Of a stretch of 64,000 bases of DNA, positions 1 to 13,089 are shown in pieces. The position numbers and the translations under genes were made by a program. Position 1 is the stretch's first letter; each line of letters opens with the position of its first letter. This stretch comes from Octopus sinensis. Lineage: Eukaryota. The notes under the pieces were generated by a model. The model did no database searches. It was not told where the DNA came from and was given only the letters and a program-made list of their open reading frames with translations. The DNA is taken from assembly GCF_006345805.1 (NCBI RefSeq), contig NC_042998.1:13392001-13456000 (forward strand), written 5' to 3'.

Positions 1-160
1 TTTGCACGTTTGCTGGTGATGTGAGGACCAAACACAGTAGGTCACTATTTAGCAATCGTCAGCAGTCAATACGTATCCTGGTGCTAGGTTTTTCAGACAC
101 CACAGCCGGCTCTACTTCTATATCGACGATCCTCCCACACAGTACCTCTCAGGATTAAAG

Positions 161-386
161 ACACCAGCAATTTGACCTCTTTGAAAGTCCAGTAGATCTG
201 TCATTTTAATGAATTTGTAATTACCTTTTTCTGATGATATCTGAAACGAAACAGCAATTTTAGCAAAACATTTTAAGCAACACTAATAATAAAACAAAAT
301 ACATAATAATAAACAAGTTTTTCACAGTTCTATAGACATTTCAAAATTATGATGCTAGGTGTTTCCATTATTTTGTCCAACCCCTG
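161..386 (-). mobile_element. Tc1-family DNA transposon, left end (TIR plus start of transposase)
   Basis: The minus strand reads TA|CAGGGGTTGGACAAAATAATGGAAACACC (TA at 387-388), a Tc1-type TIR. An ATG at 204 gives MTDLLDFQRGQIAG, the typical Tc1 transposase N-terminus. Similarity stops at about 161. Confidence 0.8.
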
Positions 387-1390
387 TACATTCTTCACGC
401 AGTTATTCGCATTTTGGATTAAAATCTATTAGATTTACCTTACATTGGATGGCCAGTTATCTAATATAATACGCTTCTGGATTTATTGTTCTTGATTTCT
501 TTCAGTATAGCCGTGAAAACTGCATCTCATAAGACTTTGGAAAATAATTATTTGTTTAAAATAGAAAGAAATAGAAATTGTTTCATCATCGCTATGATTA
601 TGAGAATAGTTCCTTCCGATTTCCTTCGTGATTGGATCATTCAGTGTGAATCTAATTGTAGTATTTGCCTTAAGTCGCTATGCGCAATAGAAACGACAAT
701 TTCACATAGGAAATAACTTTGTATCCAGCAGCTTATGTCTTCCAAAAGAATGAAATTTTGCGAGCGACTCTTATGCCATTCCAGAACTTATAAATTAGGA
801 AACGATTTGAATTCCTGAAACGGGGGGTAAGGAAAGAAACGAATATCCAGTTGAGATTACTCTGTAAATGGAACTAAGTAAAGAATGATTTACTTGTGAA
901 GCACTTCAATTTTCTCTGGATTTAATGATCTATTTTTAAAGTAAGCTCTTATCGTATAACATGACAAGAACGAATGGGATTTAAGTACGTATAAGATTAA
1001 TTAAATAACAGAAGTGCAAATCAAATAAAATAAAAGCAACTTGAAACAATAAACACGAAAATGGCTCAGATTCTATGGCGATTACTCTTCACATGAAATC
1101 GTGATGGTGACAGATAGGAGGTAATCTTATTGAATTAGAGTATCTAATATGAAATTGATAAGGTTAAGCAACTACATAAGAGACAACTAAATGTAAAACA
1201 AGAGCGTATTTCTTAGATGTTGATGGAAATTTTTAAAAGAATCCATTTATTTTACTCGAAAGGTGGTATTTAAACATATCTACATTTAGCCATGTAATAA
1301 AATGCAATAGGAGTAATTCTTGTAATTCTGTGCGTATATCATGATTAAAAACTGGTGCGATTATCTCAGCCTGTCTGTCTCTCTTTCGCC

Positions 1391-1476
<86 letters not shown>

Positions 1477-1487
1477 CTGTGTATATG

Positions 1488-1563
<76 letters not shown>

Positions 1564-1612
1564 TGTGTGTGTGTTTGTGTGCGTGTGTGGGTGCGTGTGT
1601 GTGTATGTGTGT
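1391..1612. repeat. Compound microsatellite (CTAT)n-(TA)n-(TG)n
   Basis: Directly visible tandem repeats; they explain the YLSI/YIYI ORFs. Confidence 0.97.
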
Positions 1613-3198
1613 ATCATTGTATCGACGAGATTAACTGATGTTGTAATACATCGCTTGTCAAAATGCGCAGGTTTTTGAATGGTGTCTTCCCCACTTATTC
1701 ACTTGATAGCTCGTTAGTCCGTCGCATGGTCGTACATTGGCAGTATTGTGTGTATGAATTCTAATTATGTGTGTATTGATATGTGTATAAGAATATATGT
1801 CTGTGAGTACCAGTTTTTGTGTGAGATAGTTTACATAAAATGGTAAGCGATCCTGCTGTTCATATTCATGAAAGCTGCCTTAATCATATTCAGAATGGAT
1901 GGTTGCAACGTCTATGCACTCAACATATATACACCGCACTATGATTTCATTCGCAAATACATGCAGCAATTTTACTCCAACTTCTATAGCGGAATATTGG
2001 TCGCAAAAATATATTTTGTAGATGACAAATTAAATAATATCAAGATAGAGTGCAGGACAAAAGCAATTCTTTTCCTACTTATTTTTTGTATGTGTATTTA
2101 ATATTCTATGCTCCAATTCACATTTTTGTAAACTGAATAAACTTGGACAAAGGTGAATAAGCACAAGACAAAAAGAAAATGCAGGTGATTAAAAAGACTT
2201 ATCCGCCTTGATTCCATATAATTTAATATCATTTATTCAAATTCTGATTTGTAGACGAAAGGGAAAGCAAGAAATACCACAATGTCCTATTTTCGTTGCC
2301 GTAAAATATGGCGGATTTTTTGCTTAGACAAAACAAACCAGTATTCGCCGTATCTTTATCGTTCACTGCGTTAAAATAAAAATATAAATGGAAACAGTTA
2401 TTAATGAATTATGAAGTAAATAGTAACTTATATCTACAATCAGTCGCATTCCCATGTGAAATCTGACCGTGCTTTAGTACGTTGCTAGGTATAAGTATTA
2501 CATTGCAGTTGATATAGCTTAAAAGAGTTTGTAGCTTATTCCTTCCACTTTAATGAATGCTATTGATTACCGCATTGAGGATATCATTCACAATCCAATT
2601 AAATACCAAGCAATTTGCTTTCCTAGTAACCACATTGGCGAATCTCTCACAAAAACTATATAATTTAGCGAGGTTGTTTCTTTATGTTTATTGTTTATCA
2701 TATATTTATTTCCTCCCAATTTCCCAATAGATATGAAGAGGAAAATCATTAATTGGCTCGAGGATGTAAGAATGTAGAAATTTAAAGGAGGTAATATGCA
2801 TAAAGAGAAGAAAGCAACGAAAAGGAAAAGTGGTTGCGTTGGTGGTGTTAATAGTAGCAACAACAGCAACGAGAGTAGTAATAATAGCAGATCATGTTAG
2901 TTATCGTATTTTAGTAACATATTGATCGGCTAAACGATAGATTAGTCAGGAACAGAACGACTATAGTCGTAAGTATATAGCGAGATGAGTAGATAATATA
3001 ATATTGATAGATATACATATATGGCCGTACGAACATGTGTAGACAGAACGGTAAATACATTTGTGAATATGGATAGTATTGTTTATAGGAACAAAATCGG
3101 TCAAAATAGGAGGGAGCTTATAATGGTAGCATCTACAGCGATAGATGATGCAGTACAGATAAATATTATATATATATATATATAAAGAAGTTAAGGTA

Positions 3199-3507
3199 GG
3201 AAGTGCAATGGTCCACTGTTTAGTGCAGCGCTCTCGCGGTCATAGGATCGCGGTGTCGATTCCCAGACCGGGCGTTGTGTGTGTGTATTGAGTGAAAAAC
3301 CCTAAAGCTCCACGAATCTCTGGCAGGGTGAGGTGACCCCTGTTGTACTCTTTTGCCCCAACTTACTCTCAATCTTTCTTCCTCTTTCTTGAGTAACGCT
3401 GCGATGGACTGGCGTCCCGTCCATCTGAGGAGAACACATACGCCATAGAAACTGGGAAACCGGGCCCATGAGCCTGGCTGGGCTTGAAAAGGGCGCATAA
3501 GAAGAGG
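3199..3507 (+). mobile_element. tRNA-derived SINE, family B, tail type 1
   Basis: tRNA-like head with A-box and B-box-like motifs (GGTGTCGATTCCC). Head and body are homologous to 39261-39449. The tail contains GCGATGGACTGGCGTCCCGTCCA and ends in AAGAAGAGG. Confidence 0.8.
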
Positions 3508-6500
3508 TTAAGGTAACTGCACACATGCGCACACACACCCTCACACGTATATCCATCATCCATGCATAAGTATGTATTTTTTTTATTACAGAATGCAACC
3601 GTAAAAGATGTGGGGAGAGACTACTATGTGAATGGGAAGAGTTGTGTATTCATTCGAACTCAAGAAATTTATTACCCAATTTCTCACTACTACTAATAAT
3701 TGAAACTAAAAAGAAAACTATTTGTATGGTGAGAGTTACTTCTTCATCGAATAAATATAGAGAATGCATCTAATTAGAGAATTTGTATTAGCCACCTTTG
3801 TCATTCAATAAGCCGTACAGCTACCTACGTCAGAAATTTTTTGTTGTATGAGGAGGTTATTTCTTAATATATCATCAGACCAACTGTCATTTGAGTAAGA
3901 GAAAGTTTGGCTGAATGAACTTTGTGATGTTGAGCATTGTTGCATATACTTCCTCAGCCGCTCATTTAAGCCAGTAAGGCTTTCAGATACTCAGTCATAT
4001 ATACATTGCAACACAGCAGATTGTCTTTGAACGTCTACTATTTTAATACGTACATCACAACTAACATTTGTTTCATGATTTCAACCCGAAATGTAGGTAT
4101 GCGTTTCCCCGCCATATCAATGATTAGAAACTGCAACTCTAGAAATTGGATTAACTGAACAACTAAGTATTTGAATAAGAATCGTTTTATGCGATTGCAG
4201 TTTTACCCGACAATCAAGACCCATACTTCTTGCTTATTCAAATGTTTATCATCAAGCTGCAAACCCATTATGCTTGAAAAATATTTTATGCAATAAAATT
4301 CATACATTCAAACAAGACAATCCTCATTTGCACATATGAAGCTTCCATTATCTCAATATCTCTGGCCACAGTCCTTCATACCTGCTGTTTATGGCCCCTC
4401 TTGATTGCCACAGTGGCAGTTGATTGATAAAAGTAATTAAACAATTGTATGGTGATCTCCTCAATGTTAACTAAAAAATTAACAGGATGGTAGTTTTAGT
4501 TTTCCGGACACACACTGTAACACCCATGTTTCCAGTACCAATTTTCGGAAGAGGGATCTGCTTATAAAGCGAACGTTTGTCTGCCAATAATTTGATGACG
4601 GGCAATAATGAAACAAATGGACATCACATATGATCCCGAAGGAAATTGGGTTTTTATTGGGATAATAAACAGAATTACAACCAAAATTCCCTTTTATGCA
4701 CCCCATTCGTTTTATCATAGTTTTTGTAATTGTTTCTAGCTAATATCTTTGTCTGTAACTTTTCTCTCTCCAGTTTCTTGAGATGGAAAACTGCTTTGCA
4801 TTTTCATTGATATTTATCTGATTGTCGTTTCGAATTTTCTCTCAAAATTATTATTATTTTGCAACGTATAGTTTCTCCTACTTAGCGAATTTCATCTTAT
4901 ACATGTTTTCAATACATTTCCTTATCGTTCTTACTTTATGTAATATGTTTCTTTCGGTTTGTACATTTTTCATCTCCATTTTTCTTCTATCATTTTCTCT
5001 CAGATTCCTGTTAGATTTCTATTTTTCACTAGAGTTGCTTTATATATTTATTTGTTTCATGATAAAGTTTCACTTTTCATTTACTTTGACGTGTCTAAAA
5101 CGTGTTGCATCTTTATGGATTTTCCTGTTTTCTTCTATTTTTCGTGTTCACATTGTTTAAACATTTTTTGTTTAAACATTTTGTTTTCATTTCAACTTAA
5201 TACTTTTGTATCTATTGTATTGTTACTTAACTTTTTTTATTAGTACTATATCTTATATTGTATTTGTCACCATAAAATGCTTACTTCCTCTTCTGCACCA
5301 CATTATTTTCCTTATCTCTCTTCCTCTACTACGTCTCTGATTCATGAGTTTACAACTCGAAACTTACCTAAACGCATGGCTACAACAAATGCATGCGCCC
5401 AACAGACGTGACATTCGTATGAATATTGGATATTTTTTTTGCAACAGAAATGCTGCAATCAAGCAGACAAGCCTGCAATCCCAGCAAGACAGCTTCACAT
5501 GATTCTAATCAGTGCAAGTGAAAGTGTCAAAATGGAAGTATCGTTAATTAATTTAAACTCGCATGTCAGGAACATGACCGTGTAATCGAAATTGTTAACT
5601 TCAAGAAGTATTAATGACATTTAGTAGAAGTATTTTTCTGGGGAAATTGTTTCTGTGAACTGTAAATTATATTTCTATCGTGTTTTTTGTTAGTTACATT
5701 ATGTTTTTTCCCCTCTGTCTTATTTTTACCTTTGTTCATGTTCATTCTTTTGTAATGCACCACAAACTATCTGTTGCACCCTTCAATATACAAAATATAT
5801 AATTTCTTGCATATCATGTTACAGTCAAATGTTTTATCCAGAGACATGTATAACGTTCCGAAATATGTTTTCCATTTTTATTACGTTTGAATTTTCAATT
5901 TGAATAGAAAAATGAGATATTTTCTTAAATCGAAAAGCGTAGCAGGATATGATATAGAAATTTGTTTTCGAATTCCATTACAAAAATTTGATTTGATACG
6001 TGTTAGAATCATATCCTCTACTCATTTTGATTTTGTATTTTTTTAATATTTCTGATTTGATTTCTTTTCCAGCTTCATGTTATGAAACTTTTGTACATTT
6101 ATATATTTACTGATATTAGATTTCCAAAAGGAAATTTAAAACAACGAGTTTTGCAAAATCTGAAATTGAAAAGCTTAGCCGAATATATTTATGTTCCTTT
6201 ACGATGAGTTTAAATCCGATACTAACTTAATGTTTGCTTACGGTTATGAGACAACGTTACATACCAGGCGCATACTTGTGATCATTCAATTTTCAAATGA
6301 ACATACTAAAGCCATGGTTTTGTCACTGTGTACGAAATAAAAATATTGCTCCGGTTTCTGAACTACCGATGGTATCTAACTTCAACGATGTGCTTATATT
6401 AACATATATTTCCAGCAGCATATCTATTTCCTATTAAATTCAACTATTATGGGACTCCGAATCTTTAACAACACACAATTTTATTTTCTAAATAAATATT

Positions 6501-8075
6501 TATATTCATATTTTGAAATCTCATACTGCATATAAACCATATAACTCTATGCATATATGAAAAACAAAGCTAGGCCAATGTTTCCGAATATATAATGAAT
6601 AAAACAAAAGTAAATATTAGAAAATACTTTTGTCGTTAGTAGATATTTCGATCATGTTATTGGTACATAGGTTTGTACATATTTTTAAGATTAATATGAC
6701 TGACACGCTGTTATTCTATATCATTGTAAATGATTAGATGACACTTATATATACATCGTTAGTGAAATATTACAGTGTGGCTGCAGCAGGTTGAAATACA
6801 TAATACGTGATTTACGGCCGTAATACATATTGTAATTATGCAGGGTATTATGGTAGGTTTGTTTTGCACTCAGTGCGCAAACCAATATATAGTGAAGAGA
6901 AAAAAAAAACATATGCCAACATGAATGATCAGTTTGCTCTTAGCTCGTAGAATCCTTTATGAGTTGTGTCTGCTACTGAGGATTTAAGCAAAAAATATGT
7001 AATTCGCGTATAAGCTGAGTTTGTCTCTTATATCATACACGAAAACGATCATTTGCGCGTAAGGCTGAATCAATTTTACCATTTCTGAAGAAACCTTTAC
7101 AATAGTCACATTATTCTTCATCACTAAATAAGAGAATTGAGAGCCTTTATAGAATATAATGATTGTCTATTCATCAAAATCTCTTTCAAATTTACAACTG
7201 ATTTTGTTTTTGCAGAATGACAAAAATTCCACACTCTCACCTATCGAAGCATGTTAATTCATCAGTATTTATGAATTGTACAAATCTCACTTAAGATGCC
7301 GTGGCATATTTACTGTGTTATGCACGGAATATCTTAACGAAAGTCATTCAGTAATAACTGAAGAGTCAAATACGATTTCGTTTCTTTATAAAATGCATAA
7401 GTATTATAGATTTTCTATTTAAGTACATATATTTTGTAAATCATTCGTCTTTCTGTATTTCATTTATCTCTTTATAGTGTTATTGACCAATACTGAATAT
7501 ATTGCTAGGTTAGTATCATTGATTATATGATATTATCTTTTATTTATGTGTCTATATTGCGTAGGGTAGAATAATGGTTTAAATGATGTGCTGTTGGGTA
7601 TTACAACTTTCCATTACAAAATTTCGCTTTACACATTAGATCACAGTAACACTAGAATATGCTTATTGCATTATATATATAAAATTCACATAATTGCCGA
7701 GCTCTAAAAATTTAAGTCTTTGTGGCATGATAATTATGATACTACTACTAATGATAAATACCTAAGTACATAATTTACAAGAATATAAAAATAGGCATGA
7801 CCGTGTAGGTAAAGAATGCATTAGGATTGTAGCCGGGAGTATAGCTTCGAAATAAAAGATTAGCGGTGTGAAGACAAAGTAGAGATTCCGATACAAAATG
7901 ATTGGATCTTAAAGGACATTATTGGATCTTAAGACTGAATAGTGACCTCTTGAGTGACCATTGAGCATTGAAGCAAGACTACCATATATGATTATATATG
8001 TCCAAATAAACAATGTAAGATCATAGACTTTCCAATTCCCTATGATAGAAGAATAGATACCAGAATAACTGAAAT

Positions 8076-8109
8076 TCTTCTTCTTCTTCTCTTCTTCTTC
8101 TTCTTCTTC

Positions 8110-8152
<43 letters not shown>

Positions 8153-8154
8153 CA

Positions 8155-8196
<42 letters not shown>

Positions 8197-8232
8197 TATT
8201 ATTATTATTATTTTTGTTGTTGTTGTTGTTGC

Positions 8233-8265
<33 letters not shown>

Positions 8266-8280
8266 CATCATTATTATTTA

Positions 8281-8346
<66 letters not shown>
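8076..8346. repeat. Compound trinucleotide microsatellite (TTC)n-(TTA)n with TTG/TCA interruptions
   Basis: Directly visible; explains the poly-N/poly-I ORF at 8021-8392. Confidence 0.97.
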
Positions 8347-8699
8347 CCTCATAGCATACACGTGTTTTTCCACTCGCAAGTTTTTCTTCCAAAATTTTGT
8401 TTCCAGAAGTTGTTAATTGCTTATTTTGTTAATACACGTTTTTTTTTCTGAAGCACCACCTTTGCATAGGTGCCTCCCTTTGTGTTGTTCGTGCTCCCCA
8501 CCCACTTTGCGTTATGTAATCTCAAAATTAATTATTTTAAAAGAAAACAAATGTGGCGAAACCAGACTTGTTGAAGAACATTGAAGGGGAAGTGAGAAAG
8601 GTTTCAGATAGAGAGGTGCAAAACGCTGCAGTGCCCTCCACCTATAGAAGAGGCAGCAAACACACAGCAGTTTCAAGTTCCCGCACACGAAATTGCAGA

Positions 8700-9063
8700 C
8701 ACTTTAAAAACACCTGTTCTCTGGGTTCCGACATTTATTGATGCTATTACCGCTTTTTTCAGCGACCGCAACTGCTTCAACTCTCAAGCTAACCTGTTAT
8801 ATTTATCGACATTTTTTCTTCCTTATCACATACGTTGTTTTCAGCTGGGCACGTTATATGATCCAGCATCCTTTGCCTTATTTCTCAATTAACACTATGC
8901 CTGATTTCCTTTTCTCTATGTCATGGTAGCAATGAATCATAAAATCCCATAGGATCTGGCATTATCATTTTCGATGATGCCTTCGAGTTTATCATCGTAT
9001 CACTTTTTTGCTCTGTGAAGTCCATACTTGTTGCAAAAGTATCCAATGGATAATCCTTGCTAT
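8700..9063 (-). mobile_element. R4/Dong-clade non-LTR retrotransposon fragment, family 2 (restriction-like endonuclease region, degenerate)
   Basis: Minus-strand translation across frameshifts: ARIIHWIL-CNKYGLHRAKK*YDDKLEGIIENDNA-ILWDFMIHCYHDIEKRKSGIVLIEK..CWII..CPAENNVCDKEEK..DKYNRLA*ELKQL. This matches the HW.LC..Y / ILWDF.I.CD / RKPDIV / EK..Y pattern of R4-clade RLE domains. Confidence 0.75.
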
Positions 9064-10500
9064 ATAATGCCTGGTCTGTTCATATCTATTTTTCTGTCAG
9101 TATGAATGTTGAACTTCCAAACGAGTGAGATGTGATCATTTTCAAGCACTGGAGGTGGTTTGTGCTCCTATCAGTTTTTATCATTGGGCAGGTCCATGAT
9201 AAATTTTGCAAATTACTCAGTGAATATATTACCCAGTGAATATATTGTGTTGCTCTACCATGCCTCTTAAGATACTCTGTAGGCGCAAGAAGAGTGCACA
9301 TGGAGACAACATGATCAATGTTTCATTTTGTGTGTTTACATAAATATGTTGAGCTACTGCTGTACTTTAATATGTTGGCTTGATCGTTCCTTGTAGGTAG
9401 GCATTGATCTTGGGCTGCTGTGGTAAACTCTTCTGTTTCTGTTTTAAGTCAGAATATACTAACCATTGATGGATAGGTTCTTTGTCAACATCGGCCCTAT
9501 TATCTCTCTTTGGGTATTTGCATTGTGAGGTTTTTCTTGCCATTCATCAATAAGAATATCTAAGGCTGTAGCTTTAGCAAGGGTTTTCATACGCTTAGAT
9601 TTTTCTGTGTTTGTTTCCAGAACGTCTAATGCTGGGATTTGTTGTATTTGGAATTCACTTAGATATTCTTTTGTCTCTTTTGTTACTCAGTATGATGCTT
9701 TATTGTTTCCGTGCTTTAAGGCAATTTTTAACACTCGGTCATCAGAGTTTCTTAAGGTAAGTGTCTCGGCCAATTGTGGCAACCTTTATTGTTAAATCCA
9801 GTTGTAAAAGCCCACGGAAACCCACTTGTCTTTGCAGGTAAAGTCGTTGTATATCTGCCTTAGGTTGGTGCAGTTTATGAATTTTCAACAATCTGTCAAG
9901 ATTTTATGCATTCTCAACAATCCGTCGCGATTTCATATTTCAATAATTGACCAGTATGGTTTTGAAAGTGTAAGGCGGATTTTACCAATTAGTTTCAGGT
10001 TTTGTTTAGAATTGCGAATTTTGGGGTGAGTGTGGAATTCATTCATACTGATTTCTTTAATATTCAGCCATTCAATCACGATTTGAATTTTTGGATCATG
10101 CAGTTCTCTGAGGTCAATTTCTCTGTGACTTTCTTCATCTATTTGATTTTCAGCTGCCATATGTCTATGTTTGTTTCAGAGAGTATTTTATTTTGCTTAA
10201 CAATTACATTAACTCTTTCAATCATTATTACTTTTTCAACAGACCAGGGTTGGTCTATAATTATTTCCTCTTCTTTAGCTGCAACTTCGTTTCTTTTATC
10301 CCTTACTGATTGCTAAATTTGTTCATTCTCTTATTCAGTAAGTAATTTGTTTTTCATAATGTTTCTTCTGACGTTGGCAAGTTTGTTATTGTGTATGTAG
10401 GGTCTTACTTCAAGGTGTTTCTGCCTCCAGTTTCAGTAGGTTTGTACAGTACTAGATTTATTTGCTGTAGTTATTTTGATGAATAATTATTCTGATACTC
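9064..10500 (-). mobile_element. R4/Dong-clade non-LTR retrotransposon, family 1, internally deleted and degenerate
   Basis: Minus-strand motifs: NKLANVRRNIMKNKLLTE (N-terminal region), HKLHQPKADIQRLYL..G.RGLLQL, WQEKPH, ADVDK..HQWL..LKTETE..AAQDQCLPTRN, CTLLAPTEYLKRHGRATQYIHW, HTDRKIDMNRP. No RT core motifs are seen. Confidence 0.8.
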
Positions 10501-10653
10501 ACTATTTTTTATTCCAATTATTTGTATTGATATTACAGCTTTACGTACGCATCTGAAAGTAAAAACAAGCAACCCCACAAAAATAGCAATTACAAAACAA
10601 ATACACCGTAAATATTATATAATTATAATTATCATATACGTGGTAAATTGTTA

Positions 10654-11020
10654 TCTCTCTCTATATAAACGGCAGTTTGTCTGTGCGTTTTCTGTGTGTC
10701 TGTTTGCTTGTACCCTCACCCTGACCACGGCTTTCAACCGATTCTGATGAAACTTGACACACACATAGCTCAATGTCATAATGCAAAACTAACGCAGCGA
10801 AAATTTTGAAAAGTTCCCCTAGTTCTGACAAAAATCGATAAATTCGACATGAAACACAAACCGCAAACTGTCTAGGGGACGCAACTCCACCTTTTTTAAC
10901 TAAAAAAAAATTTGGCATCATTTTTTTCCATTTTTTTGCTATTTTTTGGCTATAACTCTCTAAAAATGCTTTATAGTTATTTCCCTTACAAACCTGAGCA
11001 ACGCCGGGCGATACTGCTAG
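10654..11020 (+). mobile_element. Non-autonomous Helitron
   Basis: Starts with TC after an A. Ends with a GC-rich subterminal motif (GAGCAACGCCGGGCGATACTG) and CTAG followed by T. No TSD. The last ~70 bp match 38585-38652 on the other strand. Confidence 0.8.
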
Positions 11021-13089
11021 TTACTACCTATAATAATCAGGTAAATTTTGAAAACTACTTACCTTACGTGTATGTATTCGGTCTTAAGGTTCGCACTAAT
11101 GCAGTGTTTAAATTACAATTCATTCCCTTGTTACATGTAATATTTTTTGATGAAATGTGTAAATAAATTGAAATATTATACGTGATACTGTGATTCATAT
11201 TTCGCCTAGTATTTCTGTTTTAGTTGCAGTCATTTTATAGCTTTTACTTTGTCACTATCATATTTGATATTGATGTGCATCATGTAAAAACTAATGCAGC
11301 ACAAACACCATCTGATGCATTCCAGGTCTTATCATTCGTACACATTGTACAACATTATGCACACATAGGATATGAGTGTGTGCATTTTGAGACCGTGTTT
11401 GTAATGTGTGTGTGTGTGGTACATAAAATTAAGGTGTTCTTTGAGAGGAATTTGTCTGCTGGTTCTAACAAATCACACAACCACATATGTGTTAACTTGT
11501 TAGCTTGTTTGTAATAATGTAATTGTGTTTGGCCTAGATTCTCTTTTATTCTGATCATTATATTGGGTTTGATTTTCGATATTGCTGGCGGTGATTGTTT
11601 TGTTTGCACCTTGTATATTAATACGAAGACCTGTCAGGGTGTTACTGCAGACAAATACTATTTGTGCTACGAGCTAAGCTACTCGCTAATGTTTCAGCAT
11701 TCGTGTTCTGTTCGAAAAGAATAAAAAAAAAATGTTTTGCTGATATTTCCTACAGAGTTTATAATAGCAACACACAACAATGTTTAATGAAACAAGTTTG
11801 TTGGGTTTTCCTACAGCGATAACGGATATGAAACAGCCTAAACAATATGAATGAAGGCAGCAAAATTATCATTGTTATTTTTGTGTGTGTTACATCAGAT
11901 GTTATTGCTTCCTTGTTATTTATTAGAATTAAAAGCACTGATGATTTTAATAACAATACTATTATGAATAATAATATTAATGGTTCAATGTATTAACCAT
12001 AAGTACCTTGTACGTAAGGAACGTACGGAATCGATAATCCGCCAAAATGAAGGAGAAATAATACCCAGTGTTCTAGCGTGGTATCTTTGGGACGTACGTA
12101 CTGACATCTGTTTTAGGTTGACTTTTACTTTTTATTTTCATATTATTAGAAATTACGTCACAGGCATGATTGAGTATATACATATACGTAGAAATAAAGG
12201 TAGATAAGAATAGATAAATACACACTCACTCCCACTCTCATGCTCTCTCCGACTCTCTCTCTCTCTCTCTCTCTCCCACACACACTGACTCACACACATA
12301 CAAATATGTACTTGACTGAGTGTGAGTGTTTCTGTGTGGCTGTGCACTAACCAATGATCAGGCACGCACACTCCAATTAATCTAACGTCCGCGCTTGCAC
12401 GACCTTCTAGACATAGAAGCCGTATCTTTTTTTAACCGTACTAAACGGTCTTATGAGCTAATATATTGGGCACGGTTGGCCACTAATTCAAGTTAGCAAA
12501 ACCGATATTGTCATTATTTAACTGGCCCCTGAAAGCGTCATGCCTGTATTGCAAGAGCTGTACTAGTGCTTAAACACACAATCTTCAAATATTGTTAAAA
12601 TCATCAGTTTAGCATGTTATTTTCTTAAACGTTTTACAATAATAATAGTTAGAGATAAGAATGATTTATCATTGGAAAATAAATAGTCATTTTACATTTA
12701 CTTGAAGAATATTGTTTGATGAATTCGAAGATAATACATGATACTCCATCAGTTTGTCGACAACGCGATATGGAATTAATGATATGAATAATAGTTAATT
12801 GAATTCATATCAAAACGCCATGTATGAACAATGAAGTATGTGTAGCAGATTATAAAATACAATATGTGAAGAAAATATCAAATTGAGAAGCTTCCACACA
12901 TGAATTAATAAAACAAAACAAATATACATACATGGCACGCTCGGTGTAGTTTAACTAGAATTAGCTACTAATGACAACGATATATGTATACGGATTTATA
13001 AACGTCATTCAGCAAACATTTATTATAAGTCAAATTGAGCACAACATTTGGGACGGTGAACACAGAAAATTCTACTATAAAATCAACAG

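Noticed and set aside
1-160. GC-richer segment abutting the Tc1 fragment
   Set aside because: Possibly another repeat inserted into the Tc1, but it is cut by the window edge and unidentifiable.
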